This document shows, one piece after another, positions 8,942 through 22,168 of a DNA stretch of 64,000 nucleotides (its first letter is position 1; each line of letters begins with the position of its first letter). Position numbers and translations under genes: made by a program. Source of the stretch: an uncultured Leptospira sp. (lineage in GTDB: Bacteria > Spirochaetota > UBA4802 > JAGODF01); contig CAZCYH010000020.1 in the NCBI GenBank assembly GCA_964502925.1, positions 442-64,441 of the forward strand. The letters are read 5' to 3'. The notes below the pieces were generated by a model. It was not told the origin of the DNA. It saw only the letters and a program-made list of their open reading frames with translations, and made no database searches.

Positions 8942-9208
8942 TTAGTGAATTGCTTCTGAATTATGACGGACCATTTCGGCAGTGGTAGCTGCAGGCACGG
9001 TTTCACCATCGACAGTAACGGTTTCAAGGCGTTCCACATCAAGCCCGAGTTCCGAAGCGGCATCGATATAGAACTGAAGCACATTTACAAGGCGGCGAAC
9101 AGCTTCGTCCTTGCTATTTCCATAGCAGTTCACGTCGAGTTCGGGACAGTTCGCAATGATTTCTTTTTCCGATTCGATTATTCTGACGTGGATTTTCACT
9201 TTTATCAC
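8942..9208 (-). CDS. HicB-like / UPF0150-family antitoxin-like protein (orphan)
   Basis: CPELDVNCYGNSKDEAVRRLVNVLQFYI matches the HicB N-domain pattern (CPEL...G.T.EEA..N..EA...). No HicA partner found nearby. Confidence 0.45.
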   Translation of the reverse strand: MIKVKIHVRIIESEKEIIANCPELDVNCYGNSKDEAVRRLVNVLQFYIDAASELGLDVERLETVTVDGETVPAATTAEMVRHNSEAIH

Positions 9209-9450
9209 CGTTTTTTATGTTTAATTTTGTAATATTATAAAAACGTGAAGGCGGATGCCAGCTCCCGCCGCGGCGATAGGCCGAGGGAAAGGAGAAGGCT
9301 TCGCGGCGTTTTTTCTCTTCCAGAAATATTATCGTCATGTCGAAAAAGCGCCTTGATAGAAAGCGGCTTGATTTTTTAATAAAACCCGAAGAAAAAATTA
9401 TCTGAAAAAAAGTGAACAAATAAAATTTTTTAAAAAGTTGTACTAATTTG

Positions 9451-9481
9451 TTGACAAAAACGGCCTTGCTGATTGTATGGT
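9451..9481 (+). promoter_or_regulatory. putative sigma70-type promoter of the atp operon
   Basis: TTGACA at 9451-9456, then a 17-19 nt spacer to TGTATGGT. Confidence 0.3.
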
Positions 9482-9514
9482 TCCCAAACTTAATGATGAT
9501 CACTCAAAACTCAT

Positions 9515-9772
9515 TTGCACGGAAGAAAAGGTAAAAACGCGATACTCGCATATTCAACCGTCGGTATGCAGTTGGCCCTCTTTCTTGTTCTTTTTACGTA
9601 CGGCGGTTACAGGCTCGATGTGAAATTCGGAACGGCTCCTGTTTTTGTGCTCCTCGGGGCGGTTATTGGGCTGGCAGGAGGTATGTACAATCTGCTGAAG
9701 GGTCTGAAGGAACTTGACAGGTATTTGAAGAAAAGTGATTCGCCGGAAGAGAAGCGGCGTAAATGGCTATAA
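9515..9772 (+). CDS. ATP synthase protein I/AtpZ-like small membrane protein
   Basis: Two predicted TM helices immediately upstream of atpB. TTG start at 9515; an alternative ATG at 9566. Confidence 0.5.
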   Translation: MHGRKGKNAILAYSTVGMQLALFLVLFTYGGYRLDVKFGTAPVFVLLGAVIGLAGGMYNLLKGLKELDRYLKKSDSPEEKRRKWL

Positions 9773-9808
9773 AGGGCTTTGTTCAATCCTAAGAGTGGAG
9801 TTGTGTGA

Positions 9809-10690
9809 GTGATGCTACACATACTGCGAACCGTTACCAGTGTTATTACATCATCGCACGGCGGTGAAGAGTCTGTAAGCGAAGTTGTAATGCACCATCT
9901 TACCGACCATCCGATAGTTGCTTCCGAAAGTTCAAATGTAATCGTCAAGTACATCCATCAGTTGAATACCACGGTTTTCAGCGAAAAGCTTTTTGGTATT
10001 TTCGACATGAGGATTACCCGCTGGGTTCTGATGATGTGGATTGCGGCTTTTCTCTGCCTTATTGTTTTCATTCCTATTGCGCGCAAGATCAAAAAAGCGA
10101 AAATGGGCTCCAGTTCAAAGTGGGTCAATCTCTGGGAAGCCATTATCGGCTTTGTCCACGATGAGATTGTTGAGCCGAACTTCGAGCACCACTATGCAAA
10201 GAAAGCCATGCCATGGTTTTGTACGGTATTTTTCTTCATTCTGTTTTGCAATCTCATGGGCCTCATACCGGGCATGTCAACGGCGACGGGAAATCTTGCC
10301 GTCACTGCGGGCCTTGCCGTGTTTACTCTTCTTGGCATGATTATTGTCGGTACCGTGAAACAGGGGCCGCTGTGGATCGTGACCGGCGTGGTGCCGCATG
10401 GCATTCCGATTGTAATTTTCCCTCTTCTATGGGTGATTGAGATTCTTGGATTGCTTATCAAACCCTTCGCGCTAACCGTTCGTCTTTTTGCGAACATGAC
10501 GGCGGGCCACATTGTTATTATCATCTTCATATATCTCGTTATGATGTTTAAGAGTTATCTTGTCGGAATCGGTTCTGTGACGGGTGCTCTTCTTATTAAT
10601 ATGCTTGAACTCTTGGTGGCGTTCATTCAGGCGTACATTTTTACGGCGCTCTCGGCGATGTTCATCGGATCTTCGATGCACGCGCACTGA
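9809..10690 (+). CDS. atpB: F0F1 ATP synthase subunit a
   Basis: FALTVRLFANMTAGH contains the essential Arg motif. The N-terminus is ~50 aa longer than typical, so the start is uncertain. Confidence 0.85.
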   Translation: MMLHILRTVTSVITSSHGGEESVSEVVMHHLTDHPIVASESSNVIVKYIHQLNTTVFSEKLFGIFDMRITRWVLMMWIAAFLCLIVFIPIARKIKKAKMGSSSKWVNLWEAIIGFVHDEIVEPNFEHHYAKKAMPWFCTVFFFILFCNLMGLIPGMSTATGNLAVTAGLAVFTLLGMIIVGTVKQGPLWIVTGVVPHGIPIVIFPLLWVIEILGLLIKPFALTVRLFANMTAGHIVIIIFIYLVMMFKSYLVGIGSVTGALLINMLELLVAFIQAYIFTALSAMFIGSSMHAH

Positions 10691-10852
10691 TGAATTTGCA
10701 ATAACGAGACGGGCGGCTATGGTAGTTGCCGGTCTCTGGTGGGCATGAAATTAAGTAAAGCCGAATGTGGCGGAGAGGTATCCGACGCGGGCGGTTTTGA
10801 TTAAGCCCATAATGAATTTCAATCACCAATAAATTTTACAGGAGGAATCCAG

Positions 10853-11155
10853 ATGGAAAACGCAATGGGTATGGCTTTCCTTGGAGCTGGTTTTGGCGCT
10901 GGACTTATCGTTTTTGGCGCGGCTCTCGGAATTGGAAGGCTTGCAACCGGAGCTCTTGAGGGGATGGCACGTCAGCCCGAAATGAGCGGTGACCTGCGAA
11001 CTGCAATGATTATCGCCGCTGCTCTTATCGAAGGTTTTACGTTCTTTGCCCTTGTGGTGACCTTTATGCTTGCCACGAAAGAGCCTTCTTCAATGCAGGC
11101 TCCAGCAGCAGCTCCCGCAACTGCGCCTCAGCAAACCGCACCTGCCGGTCATTGA
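10853..11155 (+). CDS. atpE: F0F1 ATP synthase subunit c with a Pro/Ala-rich C-terminal tail
   Basis: Hairpin with GxGxGxG (GAGFGAGLIVFGAALGIG) and the ion-binding Glu in AALIEGFTFFAL. RBS GGAGGA. An extra ~25-aa tail (KEPSSMQAPAAAPATAPQQTAPAGH). Confidence 0.85.
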   Translation: MENAMGMAFLGAGFGAGLIVFGAALGIGRLATGALEGMARQPEMSGDLRTAMIIAAALIEGFTFFALVVTFMLATKEPSSMQAPAAAPATAPQQTAPAGH

Positions 11156-11232
11156 TGAGTTAACGTTGCGCGCTGGGTTGATTGTTTTTCCGGTTTTAGC
11201 AGTATCAACATTCTTTCTAACGGGTAAATCAG

Positions 11233-11742
11233 ATGGATGTATTAAAAGAAGGTTTATTGAAAGTTGATCCGGGTTTGTTTCTGTGGACGGTCATTACGTT
11301 CGCGGTTCTGTTCTTGATCCTCTGGAAAGCGGCGTGGAAGCCGATCGTTGACGCGCTCGATGCCAGAGCGGAGAAAGTGCGCTCCGATATCGAAAATGCG
11401 GAAATGATGAGGATCGAAGCGGAAAAACAGCTCGCTCAGCACAAGGAAATGATGGACAAGGCCAATGCCGAGGTAGCAGCGATCATCGCAGAAGGGAAAG
11501 CCGACGCGGAGCGCGTCCGAAGCGGCATCATCGAGAAGGCCAATGCTGAGGCGAAAGAGCTCAGCGAAAAGGTCAAAAAGGAAATCGAGATGGCGAAAGA
11601 CAAGGCACTTGCGGAAATTCAGTCGGAAGTTGTCGCCCTGTCTACCGAGATAGCGGCCAAAATTATTGCAAAGAATTTGAATCCAGAAGACCAGAAAAAG
11701 CTGGTCGAAGATGCAATATCCAAAATAGGGACAGTTCAGTAA
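11233..11742 (+). CDS. atpF: F0F1 ATP synthase subunit b
   Basis: N-terminal TM helix followed by a long charged coiled coil. Position in operon fits subunit b. Confidence 0.8.
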   Translation: MDVLKEGLLKVDPGLFLWTVITFAVLFLILWKAAWKPIVDALDARAEKVRSDIENAEMMRIEAEKQLAQHKEMMDKANAEVAAIIAEGKADAERVRSGIIEKANAEAKELSEKVKKEIEMAKDKALAEIQSEVVALSTEIAAKIIAKNLNPEDQKKLVEDAISKIGTVQ

Positions 11743-11768
11743 ACCTGGGCTGTCCCCGTTTTGTTTTT
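11733..11768 (+). terminator. putative intra-operon attenuator hairpin between atpF and atpH
   Basis: GGGACAG..15 nt..CTGTCCC followed by CGTTTTGTTTTT. Confidence 0.3.
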
Positions 11769-11805
11769 ATCGCGGTGAAATTATCTTATTAAAAGGGTTA
11801 ACACT

Positions 11806-13879
<2,074 letters not shown>

Positions 13880-13930
13880 TGTAAAAGTGGTTATGGTTCC
13901 AGATACATTATCAATGAGCAGGTAAGGACC

Positions 13931-14815
13931 GTGGCAACACAACGAGAAATTAAAAAACGCATTGTTTCGGTAACGAGCACCAAAAAGATAACGAAAACCA
14001 TGGAAATGGTTTCGACATCCAAAATGAAGAAGATGCAGGACAGGTTGCTCAAGACACAGCCGTATTCTCAGAAGATCGATACGATGATTGCGCATATTCA
14101 GGAAACTGCTGTTGACGATCTGTACGATCCACTTCTTCTGGAGCGCCCCAATCCGAATCGAGTCATGCTACTGACCATTACCGGAAATCGGGGACTTTGC
14201 GGCGGCTACAATACCAATGTGCTCGATGAAACGATTAAATTTAAAAAGAAGCTTTCCATTGAAGAAGGCAAGGAAGTGCTTCTCTCTGTAATGGGTAAGA
14301 AAGGCATCAACTACTTCAAGTTTGCAAAAGAGACCATGTACAAGTCGATGCCCAATCCCGAAGACAAAATATCGTTCGCTGATGCGGCGGCATTTGGGGA
14401 TGAACTTATCAATCAGTTCGTCTCAGGGGAAGTTGATGAAGTGTATATCGCCTATACGAAAATTATTTCATCGTCGTCCCAGAAACCTGCTATCATTCGG
14501 CTGCTCCCTATATCAACGGAACAGCACGAGATAATCGATAAAGGCGGGGAGTTCAAGCGGGATTACGTGTTCGAACCCAATCCCTATGAGGTGCTATCTT
14601 CTCTGCTGCCACTCTATGTGAAAGTGAAGCTGTACACGTGTATTCTGGAATCGGGATTTTCGGAACAGTTTGCCCGAAGGGTTGCGATGAAAAACGCGAC
14701 CGATGCAGCCACGGATATGGTGCGCGAACTTACGATCAGGTACAACAGGGCCCGACAGGCCAAGATTACGAATGAAATTGCTGAAATCGTCGGCGGCGCT
14801 TCAGCTCTCGTCTAA
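13931..14815 (+). CDS. atpG: F0F1 ATP synthase subunit gamma
   Basis: N-terminus MATQREIKKRIVSVTSTKKITKTMEMVS and C-terminus ITNEIAEIVGGA are typical of gamma. Confidence 0.9.
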   Translation: MATQREIKKRIVSVTSTKKITKTMEMVSTSKMKKMQDRLLKTQPYSQKIDTMIAHIQETAVDDLYDPLLLERPNPNRVMLLTITGNRGLCGGYNTNVLDETIKFKKKLSIEEGKEVLLSVMGKKGINYFKFAKETMYKSMPNPEDKISFADAAAFGDELINQFVSGEVDEVYIAYTKIISSSSQKPAIIRLLPISTEQHEIIDKGGEFKRDYVFEPNPYEVLSSLLPLYVKVKLYTCILESGFSEQFARRVAMKNATDAATDMVRELTIRYNRARQAKITNEIAEIVGGASALV

Positions 14816-14851
14816 GATGATTACTGCAGCTATAGTAGGCAATTTACGTAG

Positions 14852-16294
<1,443 letters not shown>

Positions 16295-16296
16295 TC

Positions 16297-16701
16297 ATGG
16301 CACTGAAACTCAGTTGCACGGTACTCACTCCCGACAGGGTTCTTTTCAACGATAAGGTCGATTTCGTTGTGGTGCAGGCGAAAGACGGAGAGATGGGTTT
16401 TCTTTTTAACCACGTGCCTCTTATGTCGCAGCTTGGCATCGGAATGCTGAGGCTGTACACCGGCGACAAAGTTGATTATCTTCACATTGAAGGCGGGTTG
16501 GTAGAGATACGCAACAATGAGATGATTGTTCTTGCCGAAAATGCGCTTCGAAAAGAAGAGCTTTCGGCTGACGATCTGAAGAAAAAACTTTCCGACCTGA
16601 CCTCGGCTGAAAAAGCAGTGGACGCAAAAGAGCGTTTCCTCCGCCAGGTTGAGATTGAAAAGACTAAACGCCGCCTGAAGCTTGCAATGCTTGAAAAATA
16701 G
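16297..16701 (+). CDS. atpC: F0F1 ATP synthase subunit epsilon
   Basis: 134 aa with an N-terminal beta-sandwich and C-terminal helices; last gene of the operon. Confidence 0.85.
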   Translation: MALKLSCTVLTPDRVLFNDKVDFVVVQAKDGEMGFLFNHVPLMSQLGIGMLRLYTGDKVDYLHIEGGLVEIRNNEMIVLAENALRKEELSADDLKKKLSDLTSAEKAVDAKERFLRQVEIEKTKRRLKLAMLEK

Positions 16702-16746
16702 CTTTTTTTGCTTGATATATCGCAATAGGCTTTTGTGTAATTACAG

Positions 16747-16778
16747 GGCCGTCTCGGTGGAGACGGCCTTTGATATTT
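16747..16778 (+). terminator. rho-independent terminator of the atp operon
   Basis: GGCCGTCTC-GGTG-GAGACGGCC followed by TTTGATATTT. Confidence 0.6.
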
Positions 16779-16829
16779 GTCAATGAAAACGCATAAACCG
16801 CTATTGATTATACTATCTGGATAAGATAC

Positions 16830-19802
16830 ATGGAACGCGCAGAAATCCGAATTGAAGTGTACAGCACCATTCCCGATCCGCGCGGAAATGTGCTGCGGGA
16901 AAAACTTTTAAAATTGGAAATTGATGTTGCGGCGATAAATGTTACTGATAACTACCTGGTTAACGTACCGTTTTCGCGCAATGATGCGATTGAAATCGCA
17001 AAATTATTGGTTCAACCTGTAATTCAATCATTTACAATTAACGAGCCATATTATCCGGAAAATTTCGATTTTGCCATAGAAATCGGATATCTTCCCGGAG
17101 TGACCGATAATGTGGCGCATACGGTGCGCGAATCGATTGAGGACCGGTTCAAGCAATCGCTCGATCCCGATCGCTCCGTGTTTACATCGAACACGTATTT
17201 TATTGCCGGCAATATTACGGCTCAAGATGCGAAAAGAATTGCTAACGAGTTGCACAATCCGCTCATTCAGCGCGTGAAAATCCTTTCAAAAAATGACTAT
17301 GTTGAAATGGGTGGCATGGGCAGGGAAATTCCTGTGGTGCATCTCGATGAGCGTCCAAGCGCAGATGAAGTGAATCTTGATATTCCAGGCGATGAGCTTT
17401 TGCGCCTGGGCAGGGAAGGCATTCCCGAATCGGACGGTTCCCGGCGTGGACCGCTTGCGCTCGATATGGCCTCCCTTGAAGTGATAAAAGACTATTTTCA
17501 AAACAAAGAAAAGAGAAACCCAACCGATGTCGAGCTCGAATCAATCGCTCAGACATGGAGCGAGCATTGCAAACACACGATTTTTGCTGCAAAAATCGAT
17601 GAAATCGATGAGGGTATTTTCAAGGCATACATCCGCGAAGCGACCATGCGCATACGGAGGGAGAAAGGCGAAAAAGATTTTTGCCTTTCTGTTTTTGCCG
17701 ATAATTCCGGCGGAATAGATTTTGATGAAAATTTTTTAGTTTCAGATAAAGTTGAGACACACAACAGCCCAAGCGCCCTCGATCCTTTCGGCGGGGCTAT
17801 CACGGGAATCGTGGGTGTGAATCGCGACACCATCGGCTTTGGCATGGGCGCACGACCCATTGCGAACCGATACGGCTTTTGTTTTGCGGATCCCGGCGAT
17901 GAAAAACCTCTGTATCGGGGAAATGACCCCGATTCCTGTCTTCTCCCTCCCAGAAGAATCATGGAGGGCGTGATTCACGGTGTCAATGTGGGCGGAAACT
18001 GTTCGGGAATTCCCACCCCGCAGGGGTTCGTCTATTTCGATGAGCGCTATAAGGGCAAGCCGCTGGTGTTTGTGGGCACGGTTGGCCTCATGCCCAAGGA
18101 GAGAGGCGGTAGGAAGCTTTATCTGAAAAAGGCGATGCCCGGCGATTATATTGTCATGGCGGGCGGCCGTGTCGGGAAAGACGGCATTCACGGGGCAACT
18201 TTTTCTTCGGAAGCGCTTTCCTCGGGAAGTCCCGCGACCGCCGTGCAGATCGGCGATCCGATTACACAAAAAAAGCTTTCCGATGCAATAGTAAAAGAAG
18301 CGCGCGATAAGGGACTGTATAACTCCATCACCGACAACGGCGCAGGAGGCCTTTCCTGTTCTGTGGCTGAAATGGCGCGCGAGGCGGGAGGGTTTGAGGT
18401 GGAGCTTGATAGGGTGCCGCTTAAATATCCCGGCCTTGCCCCGTGGCAGATCTGGGTGAGCGAATCGCAGGAGAGAATGACCGTTTCTGTGCCCGGGGAG
18501 ACGCTGGAAGAATTCATCGCCCTGATGAAAAAAAGAGGCGTCGAAGCGACCGTGATTGGAAGGTTCAATGCAACCGGCAGAGGCATTGTTCGATATCATG
18601 GGGAAGTGGTATTCAATCTGGATCTTGAGTTTCTGCATGAAGGCCTTCCAAAAAAGACATTGCAAACAAAAAGCTGTTTAGTCAATGTGGAGTATGAGCC
18701 GTTTGATGAGCCGAACGATTATTCGGAAACATTGCGCGAAATGGTCGGCAGGCCGAATATCGCAAGCTTTGAATTCATTTCTATACAGTACGATCACGAA
18801 GTGCAGGCAAATTCGGTGATAAAGCCGCTTCAAGGAAAGGGCCGCGTGAATGGCTCTGCTACCGTCATTCGGCCGGTGTTTACTTCGTACCGGGGCGTGG
18901 TGCTCTCGCAGGGCATATACCCATCGTACAGCGATATCGATTGCTACTGGATGGCGGCGTGTTCCATCGATACGGCCGTGCGAAACGCTATCGCGGCAGG
19001 CGGTACTTTAGAGCGGCTGGCTATTCTCGATAATTTCTGCTGGTGCGATTCGAACAATCCGGAACGGCTTGCCCAGCTTAAAGAGGCTGCGCGTGCGTGT
19101 TATGATTTTGCTGTTGCCTATGGGACACCATTTATTTCCGGCAAGGACAGCATGTTCAACGATTTCTGCGGATTCGACGAGAACGGCAATCCCGTAATGG
19201 TGAGCATTCCGCCCACGCTGCTCATCTCTTCTATCGGCATCGTTATGGATGTGCGTAACTGCCAGACGATCGATTTTAAAATGCCCGGAGATTTGATTTA
19301 CCTTTTCGGAGAAACATCGAATGAGCTTGGCGGAAGCGAATATCTTGCGTATATGGGCGAGAAATTAAGCGGGAAAAAATATCTCGGCGCCAATGTGCCA
19401 AAAGCCGATGCGAAGAAAAATCTTACAATATACAATCTCCTTGAGCGTGCGATTGCCCGAGGACTTGTTGCATCATGCGTGAGCGTGGAGCGCGGCGGGC
19501 TTGCGGTTGCTGTAGCGAAATCTTCGATGGCCGGGGTGCTCGGATGTGAGATTGATGTGCCTGAGAGAAATCTACGAAACGACGCGCTTCTCTTTTCGGA
19601 GTCGCAGGGAAGGCTCGTTGTGAGCGTTGCGCCGCATAACAGGCAAGCGTTTGAAACTATGATGAAAGATGTTTCCTGTGTCATGATTGGCACTGTGCGG
19701 GAAGATAATGATTTTATCATCAAAATAGGCGGAAAGAGTATGGTGCGGCTCGGCGTGGATGAGCTTCTTGCCAGATATCGCGCGCGATTTCAAGGCTTTT
19801 AG
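16830..19802 (+). CDS. purL: phosphoribosylformylglycinamidine synthase, PurS-PurL fusion
   Basis: The N-terminal ~80 aa are PurS-like (MERAEIRIEVYS...) and are fused to a small-type PurL carrying AIRS domains (DNSGGID..ETHNSP..GGAITG). Confidence 0.9.
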   Translation: MERAEIRIEVYSTIPDPRGNVLREKLLKLEIDVAAINVTDNYLVNVPFSRNDAIEIAKLLVQPVIQSFTINEPYYPENFDFAIEIGYLPGVTDNVAHTVRESIEDRFKQSLDPDRSVFTSNTYFIAGNITAQDAKRIANELHNPLIQRVKILSKNDYVEMGGMGREIPVVHLDERPSADEVNLDIPGDELLRLGREGIPESDGSRRGPLALDMASLEVIKDYFQNKEKRNPTDVELESIAQTWSEHCKHTIFAAKIDEIDEGIFKAYIREATMRIRREKGEKDFCLSVFADNSGGIDFDENFLVSDKVETHNSPSALDPFGGAITGIVGVNRDTIGFGMGARPIANRYGFCFADPGDEKPLYRGNDPDSCLLPPRRIMEGVIHGVNVGGNCSGIPTPQGFVYFDERYKGKPLVFVGTVGLMPKERGGRKLYLKKAMPGDYIVMAGGRVGKDGIHGATFSSEALSSGSPATAVQIGDPITQKKLSDAIVKEARDKGLYNSITDNGAGGLSCSVAEMAREAGGFEVELDRVPLKYPGLAPWQIWVSESQERMTVSVPGETLEEFIALMKKRGVEATVIGRFNATGRGIVRYHGEVVFNLDLEFLHEGLPKKTLQTKSCLVNVEYEPFDEPNDYSETLREMVGRPNIASFEFISIQYDHEVQANSVIKPLQGKGRVNGSATVIRPVFTSYRGVVLSQGIYPSYSDIDCYWMAACSIDTAVRNAIAAGGTLERLAILDNFCWCDSNNPERLAQLKEAARACYDFAVAYGTPFISGKDSMFNDFCGFDENGNPVMVSIPPTLLISSIGIVMDVRNCQTIDFKMPGDLIYLFGETSNELGGSEYLAYMGEKLSGKKYLGANVPKADAKKNLTIYNLLERAIARGLVASCVSVERGGLAVAVAKSSMAGVLGCEIDVPERNLRNDALLFSESQGRLVVSVAPHNRQAFETMMKDVSCVMIGTVREDNDFIIKIGGKSMVRLGVDELLARYRARFQGF

Positions 19803-19807
19803 GAGGT

Positions 19808-20620
19808 ATGATGGCTGTTCCAGGGGTTTGCGTGCTTACGGGATATGGCATTAATTGCGATGATGAAACACGCTTTGCGTTTGAGGCTGCCGGCGCTGAG
19901 GCGCGCATCATTCACATAAACGATATTATTGAAAATCGGAAGATGTTGAATGATTTCCAGATTTTCGTTTTTCCCGGCGGCTTTTCGTACGGGGATGATA
20001 CCGGCAGCGGAAAGGCGCTCGCAAACAGAATAATGAACAATCTGAGCGATGAATTCGAGCAATTTCTGGAGCGCGATACACTCATGCTCGGAATCTGCAA
20101 TGGCTTTCAGGTAATGGTAAATCTTGGAATTGTCCCTGCGCTTGAAAAAAAGATTGGAAAGCCGGAAGCTGCGCTCATGCACAATCAATCGTCGCGCTAT
20201 ATCTGCCGCTGGGTGGACCTTGAGGTGGAAGGGGGAAATCCATCGGTGTTTTTGCGCGGCATACGGAGATTGCACATACCGGTTGCGCACGGGGAAGGAA
20301 ATTTCTATGCCCCTGAAGCCGTGCTTCATGCGCTTGAAGAAAAAAAGCTCATAACATTGCGCTATGCAAAACCCGAGGGCGGCAGGGCGAATGGCGAATA
20401 CCCGTTTAATCCCAACGGCTCGATGCGCGATATTGCTGCAATCTGCGATGCATCGGGAAGGCGAATGGGAATGATGCCGCATCCTGAGCGCAACATCTTC
20501 TTTACCCACCGCGACGACTGGACGTATGTACGCGAAATTTACAAAAGACAGGGAAAGAAGTTGCCGGAAGAAGGGGAAGGGCTGGCGATTTTTAAAAATG
20601 CGGTGGGGTATTATGCATAG
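19808..20620 (+). CDS. purQ: phosphoribosylformylglycinamidine synthase glutaminase subunit PurQ
   Basis: Class-I glutamine amidotransferase triad (GICNGFQ...HGEG). Confidence 0.85.
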   Translation: MMAVPGVCVLTGYGINCDDETRFAFEAAGAEARIIHINDIIENRKMLNDFQIFVFPGGFSYGDDTGSGKALANRIMNNLSDEFEQFLERDTLMLGICNGFQVMVNLGIVPALEKKIGKPEAALMHNQSSRYICRWVDLEVEGGNPSVFLRGIRRLHIPVAHGEGNFYAPEAVLHALEEKKLITLRYAKPEGGRANGEYPFNPNGSMRDIAAICDASGRRMGMMPHPERNIFFTHRDDWTYVREIYKRQGKKLPEEGEGLAIFKNAVGYYA

Positions 20621-20716
20621 CATATATTTTACTTATAATATCAACTGAATACAAGAAAAAAAATCGAAAAACCTTGACGCCTTCAATGTCTATCGGAAAT
20701 ATTGATGCATAGTATC

Positions 20717-20838
20717 AAGGAACTTCAAAAAACTATAGTTAAGGATGTTTCCTTGTGGGCACAATATATAGAATAAAACCGCTTTCTTTTTTCGCTTTGT
20801 ACTATGAAGAAAGCGGTTTTTAGAGGTGCCCATCAATA
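20717..20838 (+). repeat. intergenic nested-hairpin repeat, copy C
   Basis: GGAACTTCAAAAAACTATAGTTAAGGATGTTTCCTTGTGGGCACAATATAT..AAAACCGCTTTC..GAAAGCGGTTTTTAGAGGTGCCCAT. It ends 15 nt before the yeeE-like start. Confidence 0.75.
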
Positions 20839-20853
20839 TTCAGGAGTAAAAAT

Positions 20854-21933
20854 ATGAACAACATATTTGCGTCAAGATGGGGTATCGTTTTAACTGGTGT
20901 TTTCATTGGCGCGGTGGCAATTGCTCTCCAGATGCTTGGCAACCCACCGAATATGGGCATCTGTGTGGCATGTTTTGAGCGAGACGTTGCGGGTTCGCTT
21001 GGTCTTCACCGTGCGGCGGTGGTGCAGTACATGCGTCCGGAAATAATCGGCTTTGTGTTTGGATCATTTTTAGTAGCGCTTGCAACCAGAGAATTCAAAC
21101 CCAGGGGCGGTTCCTCTACCATCGTGAGGTTCTTTCTTGGCGTGTTTGCGATGATTGGCGCGCTGGTTTTTCTCGGATGCCCCTGGCGTGCGCTGCTGCG
21201 TCTCGCAGGAGGCGATTTAAATGCGCTTTTAGGTATTGCCGGCCTCGCGACGGGTATCCTCATAGGAGTTTTCTTCTTGAAAAATGGGTACAGCCTGGGC
21301 AGATCATATGCGATGAAGCAATCTGCCGGCTGGATTTTTCCGGCGGTGATGGTTGGTTTTTTTCTGCTCCTTGTTTTCAATGTGTCGGCTAACCCTGAAA
21401 ATGCGCTCTTCTTCAGTGCGAGCGGTCCCGGCTCGATGCATGCGAACATCTGGATAAGTCTTGCAGCAGGAATTGCTGTCGGTGCAGTGGCGCAGAGAAG
21501 CCGTTTCTGTACCATGGGTGCGCTACGCGATGTGCTTCTGGCAAAAGATTTTCATCTCATAAGCGGTGTGGCGGCGCTTCTTGTCACGGCCACGGTTTTG
21601 AATCTCATCATCGGCAAGTTCAATCCCGGTTTCGAAAGCCAGCCAATTGCTCATGCGAATCATTTCTGGAATTTTGCGGGAATGGTGCTGGCGGGACTTG
21701 CTTTTGCGCTGGCCGGTGGGTGCCCGGGAAGGCAGCTTTTTCTCTCCGGCGAAGGCGATAGCGATGCGGCGGTTTTTGTACTCGGTATGATTGTGGGTGC
21801 GGGCATTTCGCATAATTTCGCTGCTGCGAGTTCTCCTGCGGGCCCAGGGGCGTTTGGACCTGCCGCGGTCATTATTGGGCTTATTTTTTGCGGGGTTGTT
21901 GGACTTGTGATGCGAGTAAAGATGAATGCGTGA
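20854..21933 (+). CDS. YeeE/YedE-family inner-membrane transporter (thiosulfate/sulfur- or selenium-related)
   Basis: Two conserved Cys motifs (GICVACF and RFCTMGA) in a polytopic membrane protein. Confidence 0.8.
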   Translation: MNNIFASRWGIVLTGVFIGAVAIALQMLGNPPNMGICVACFERDVAGSLGLHRAAVVQYMRPEIIGFVFGSFLVALATREFKPRGGSSTIVRFFLGVFAMIGALVFLGCPWRALLRLAGGDLNALLGIAGLATGILIGVFFLKNGYSLGRSYAMKQSAGWIFPAVMVGFFLLLVFNVSANPENALFFSASGPGSMHANIWISLAAGIAVGAVAQRSRFCTMGALRDVLLAKDFHLISGVAALLVTATVLNLIIGKFNPGFESQPIAHANHFWNFAGMVLAGLAFALAGGCPGRQLFLSGEGDSDAAVFVLGMIVGAGISHNFAAASSPAGPGAFGPAAVIIGLIFCGVVGLVMRVKMNA

Positions 21934-21961
21934 TGATACTAACCGAAGGAGGAGCTTTTCT

Positions 21962-22168
21962 ATGATAAAAATAGATGCGCGTGGGCTTTCATGCCCCCAG
22001 CCGGTGGTGATGACGCAAAAGATCATTGGTGAAGGTGCAACTGAATTTGAAGTCCTGGTCAATACCGTGGTTTCAAAAGAAAACGTGCTCCGCTGCTTAT
22101 CTAAAAACGGCTATAAGGCAGATGTGCGGGAAGAGGGGGATGATTTCATCATTGCCGCCACACGGTAA
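21962..22168 (+). CDS. TusA-like sulfurtransferase
   Basis: MIKIDARGLSCPQPV carries the CPxP active-site motif. Trimmed from ORF 21926..22168. Confidence 0.8.
   Translation: MIKIDARGLSCPQPVVMTQKIIGEGATEFEVLVNTVVSKENVLRCLSKNGYKADVREEGDDFIIAATR

Noticed and set aside
9114-9503. ORF 9114..9503 (129 aa) upstream of the atp operon
   Set aside because: It is AT-rich and low-complexity (KKFYLFTFFQIIFSSGFIKK...) and lies in the atp promoter region. It has no RBS or homology and is probably non-coding.
20705-20776. Short ORFs inside the intergenic repeat (for example MHSIKELQKTIVKDVSLWAQYIE in copy C; a similar ...LWAQYI peptide frame in copies A and B)
   Set aside because: The apparent peptide similarity only mirrors the nucleotide conservation. 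Copies A and B have no in-frame start codon before the shared segment, and the substitutions between copies are mostly non-synonymous.
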